Shown piece by piece: positions 53,076-55,181 of a DNA stretch of 55,181 nt. The notes below the pieces were generated by a model. That model did no database searches and had not been told where the DNA came from. It was given only the letters and a program-made list of their open reading frames with translations. This stretch comes from a virus (Duplodnaviria; Caudoviricetes). The stretch spans positions 1 through 55,181 of the IMG/VR virus record IMGVR_UViG_3300045107_000845. One strand, written 5' to 3'. The translations under genes were made by a program, and so were the position numbers. The stretch's first letter is position 1. Each line of letters begins with the position of its first letter.

Positions 53076-53380
53076 CTGTCTACGTCGATGATGTGCGCCA
53101 TCGCTTCGGACGCATGGTTATGTGCCATATGTGGTCCGACTCGCTCGACGAGTTGTTCGCCATGGCGGATCGCATCGGCGTCGCCCGTAAATGGCTGCAG
53201 AGGCCGCCGAAAGCTTCGTGGGTACATTTCGACATTTGCCTCGCGATGAAAGAGAAGGCGCTCGCCGCCGGTGCAGTGCTGACCGACAAGTATGGGCCTT
53301 CTGAATTCATCGCGCGCCAGCGCGGCAACACCAGGATGATCGAGCTCATCGCCGCTTTGCGCGCTGCGAGGGCCATATGA
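53072..53380 (+). CDS. DUF4031 family protein
   Basis: MTVYVDD...MCHM..DS..EL..MA..IG...W.Q...HFDI. Confidence 0.9.
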   Translation: MTVYVDDVRHRFGRMVMCHMWSDSLDELFAMADRIGVARKWLQRPPKASWVHFDICLAMKEKALAAGAVLTDKYGPSEFIARQRGNTRMIELIAALRAARAI

Positions 53381-53553
53381 ACCGTTGGATGAAGCGAATT
53401 CTCTTCGCGCTCGGCTTCATCGTTTGCGAAGGAAAAGACCCAGGATGCTGGATGCCTAGTGGCAGCGATCGGCAGAAGATGAAGTGCGTAGCCTGCCGGC
53501 GCACCGCAGCGGAAATCTGCGCGGCAAACGTCACATGCGGTCGACTGATATGA
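53377..53553 (+). CDS. 58-aa Cys-rich protein (absent from the ORF track)
   Basis: ATGA overlaps on both sides; six Cys including CVAC. Confidence 0.55.
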   Translation: MNRWMKRILFALGFIVCEGKDPGCWMPSGSDRQKMKCVACRRTAAEICAANVTCGRLI

Positions 53554-53813
53554 CCCACCCAGCCGTAGCAGCAATAACCAAGGCGATCAGGAAACTCGAA
53601 GCAGAGGGCTGGCGACTGCCGACAAACGCGCGCGCGGATGCCGAGATGTTCGAGATCATCGAAGCGGGGTCGACCGGAATTCATCGCGGCTTCTACGAAG
53701 GCGAATGGCCGGAAGGCTCGTGGTTCATCCTTTGCGACGACGGCGACGTTTGCGGCACGTGGCCGATGCTCGTTCGCCCGATCAAGCCGCAGCCGAGCGA
53801 GAAGCCTGCATGA
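53550..53813 (+). CDS. Hypothetical protein
   Basis: ATGA overlaps on both sides. Confidence 0.6.
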   Translation: MTHPAVAAITKAIRKLEAEGWRLPTNARADAEMFEIIEAGSTGIHRGFYEGEWPEGSWFILCDDGDVCGTWPMLVRPIKPQPSEKPA

Positions 53814-54121
53814 CGCCGTCGATCGAAAAACGCCTGTTATCCGAGATCGAGGCGGCACGCTATTGCGGCCTGAAAACCAAGCAGACATTCAGGAAGCACT
53901 TCGGCGAGCACCTGAAGCCGATCGAGCGCGGCGGGCGACGGCTCTACGACAAGTGGCAGCTCGATCTTTACCTCAGCGGCGCGACCGGCCTGCCTGGCGC
54001 TAGCGCGACGGATCAGCCAGCGCCGCCGGCATCGCCGCCGGATCCTGAGGTTCTTGCGGCGCGTCGGGAAGCGCTAGAGATCGCGCGGCGTTCCAGCTAC
54101 GAGCCGCACGAAAAGCCATAG
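53810..54121 (+). CDS. Excisionase-like HTH protein
   Basis: RLLSEIEAARYCG...TF...RRLYDKWQLD; adjacent to integrase. Confidence 0.8.
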   Translation: MTPSIEKRLLSEIEAARYCGLKTKQTFRKHFGEHLKPIERGGRRLYDKWQLDLYLSGATGLPGASATDQPAPPASPPDPEVLAARREALEIARRSSYEPHEKP

Positions 54122-55181
54122 TCAGGTTGCGCGGCAGATAGGTTTCGAGGATGTCCTGGCAGTACGCGATGCTGTGGCCCGAGAGCGCGGCGATCGCGAC
54201 GATGTCCACGCCCATCTCGCCGAGCCGCACCATCGCCGTGCGGCGGAGGTCGCGAAACTGAACGCCGGAGGAAATCTCCGCCGCTTCGCGCCAAAGTACG
54301 AACTGCCGATTGAAGCTGCGCCGATCGAAAGGGCGGCCGCGCACCGTGCGCACGATCGTCGACTCCGCCGATTGCCCGGCAGCCGCTTCGCGGACCTCCG
54401 CAGCGACATGGTCGGCCAGCGGGATATCGAGAATTTCGCCGGTCTTCTGCTGCTGCAGTCGAACGACCAGCCAGACCTTGCCGTGCTCGTCGGTCGCCTC
54501 GCGCAGCTGACCGACCTTCAGCGAGATCACGTCGGAAAGGCGCTGCGCGGTGTACAGCGCCAGCAGGAAGGCCAGGCGGATGTTCGCCGGCATTTCGACC
54601 GTCTTCGTGGTCTTGGCCGGAATCCGCCCGAAGGTCCATCCGCCTTTGAGGACCTCGCGCTTGGCGGTCAGAAACGCCCGCTCCTGCTCGTGCGTCCACA
54701 CGGTCCGCCGGCGCTTCGTCTTCAGGCGCTTCGGCCTGACCGCCGGATTTTCGGTAAGGCCGGGGCAGCCGAGGCTCAGGCCCAGGTCGAAGACCACCCG
54801 CAGGGTCGAGATCATCCCGTTCGTCGCGAACGGATGCGCGCGCCCGGCGCGTTTCAGCTCTTCGAGCCATTGGCGCGTGAAGGCGAAGAGCGGCAGGTGC
54901 CCGTACAGATCCTCAAGCTTGCGCAGGCGGCCCATCACCAGGGATCGGGTACGGGGAGCCAGGCTGAGAAACGCGTCGTCGGCGCGGTAGCGCTTCACCA
55001 GCTCGCCCATCGTCTTCGGACGGATAGGAGCGGCGCGGTAACGCAGCGTCTGCTCCGCCTCCGCGCGGGTATTGCCGAGCTTCACCCCGGTTTCGCGGCA
55101 GTAGAAATGCTCGCGCACCTCGCCGCTCTTCAGCGTTTTCACGACTCGCTTGAGGCGATTCTCGGCGGCGGCTCGCGGCAT
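54000..55181 (-). CDS. int: Tyrosine recombinase/integrase
   Basis: YTAQRLSD (R), QQKTG (K), RDLRRT, LSGHS, LETY (Y). Confidence 0.95.
   Translation of the reverse strand: MPRAAAENRLKRVVKTLKSGEVREHFYCRETGVKLGNTRAEAEQTLRYRAAPIRPKTMGELVKRYRADDAFLSLAPRTRSLVMGRLRKLEDLYGHLPLFAFTRQWLEELKRAGRAHPFATNGMISTLRVVFDLGLSLGCPGLTENPAVRPKRLKTKRRRTVWTHEQERAFLTAKREVLKGGWTFGRIPAKTTKTVEMPANIRLAFLLALYTAQRLSDVISLKVGQLREATDEHGKVWLVVRLQQQKTGEILDIPLADHVAAEVREAAAGQSAESTIVRTVRGRPFDRRSFNRQFVLWREAAEISSGVQFRDLRRTAMVRLGEMGVDIVAIAALSGHSIAYCQDILETYLPRNLTMAFRAARSWNAARSLALPDAPQEPQDPAAMPAALADPSR

Larger units (their letters stand above)
1..55181. mobile_element. Temperate phage/prophage with lambda-like head, P2-like contractile tail and tyrosine integrase
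   Basis: Contiguous lysis, tail, head, packaging, replication, immunity and integration modules; no host genes or att sites visible. Confidence 0.97.

Noticed and set aside
1-55181. attL/attR, tRNA genes, IS elements and invertible tail-fibre cassettes
   Set aside because: The window ends exactly at gene boundaries; no terminal direct repeat, cloverleaf, transposase or invertase was recognised by eye

Overview
The window is an essentially complete temperate phage or prophage, cut from the last lysis-gene stop (nt 1) to the integrase start (nt 55181). It is GC-rich and probably infects an alphaproteobacterium (inference from GcrA-like, RcGTA Rcc01079-like and integrase-type genes). The minus strand at 1-29.5 kb is one late region: lambda-like packaging and head genes with a recognisable cos site, a P2-like contractile tail, and a lysis cassette. 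It is followed by a toxin-antitoxin/small-RNA island (29.6-31.3 kb), a replication module with a primase and two helicases flanking an iteron origin (32.5-36.1 kb), a second early operon (36.5-41.7 kb), a membrane-protein moron, a cro/cI switch with 17-bp operators (47.2-47.4 kb), four DNA methyltransferases of different classes, xis and int. The strongest candidate for an undescribed system is a six-gene cassette behind the major capsid gene (16.9-22.0 kb). It appears to build a modular head spike on an RcGTA-type spike-base protein and to carry a 901-aa putative polysaccharide lyase-like protein and a LamG lectin. Other notable signals are a 56-aa Tyr/Trp-rich segment in a tail protein, a G10 tract in a methyltransferase, a repressor operator copy 11 kb from the switch, a low-GC patch inside a methyltransferase gene, and a candidate antisense sRNA beside cos. 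All family calls come from motif recognition and synteny; no database search was run.
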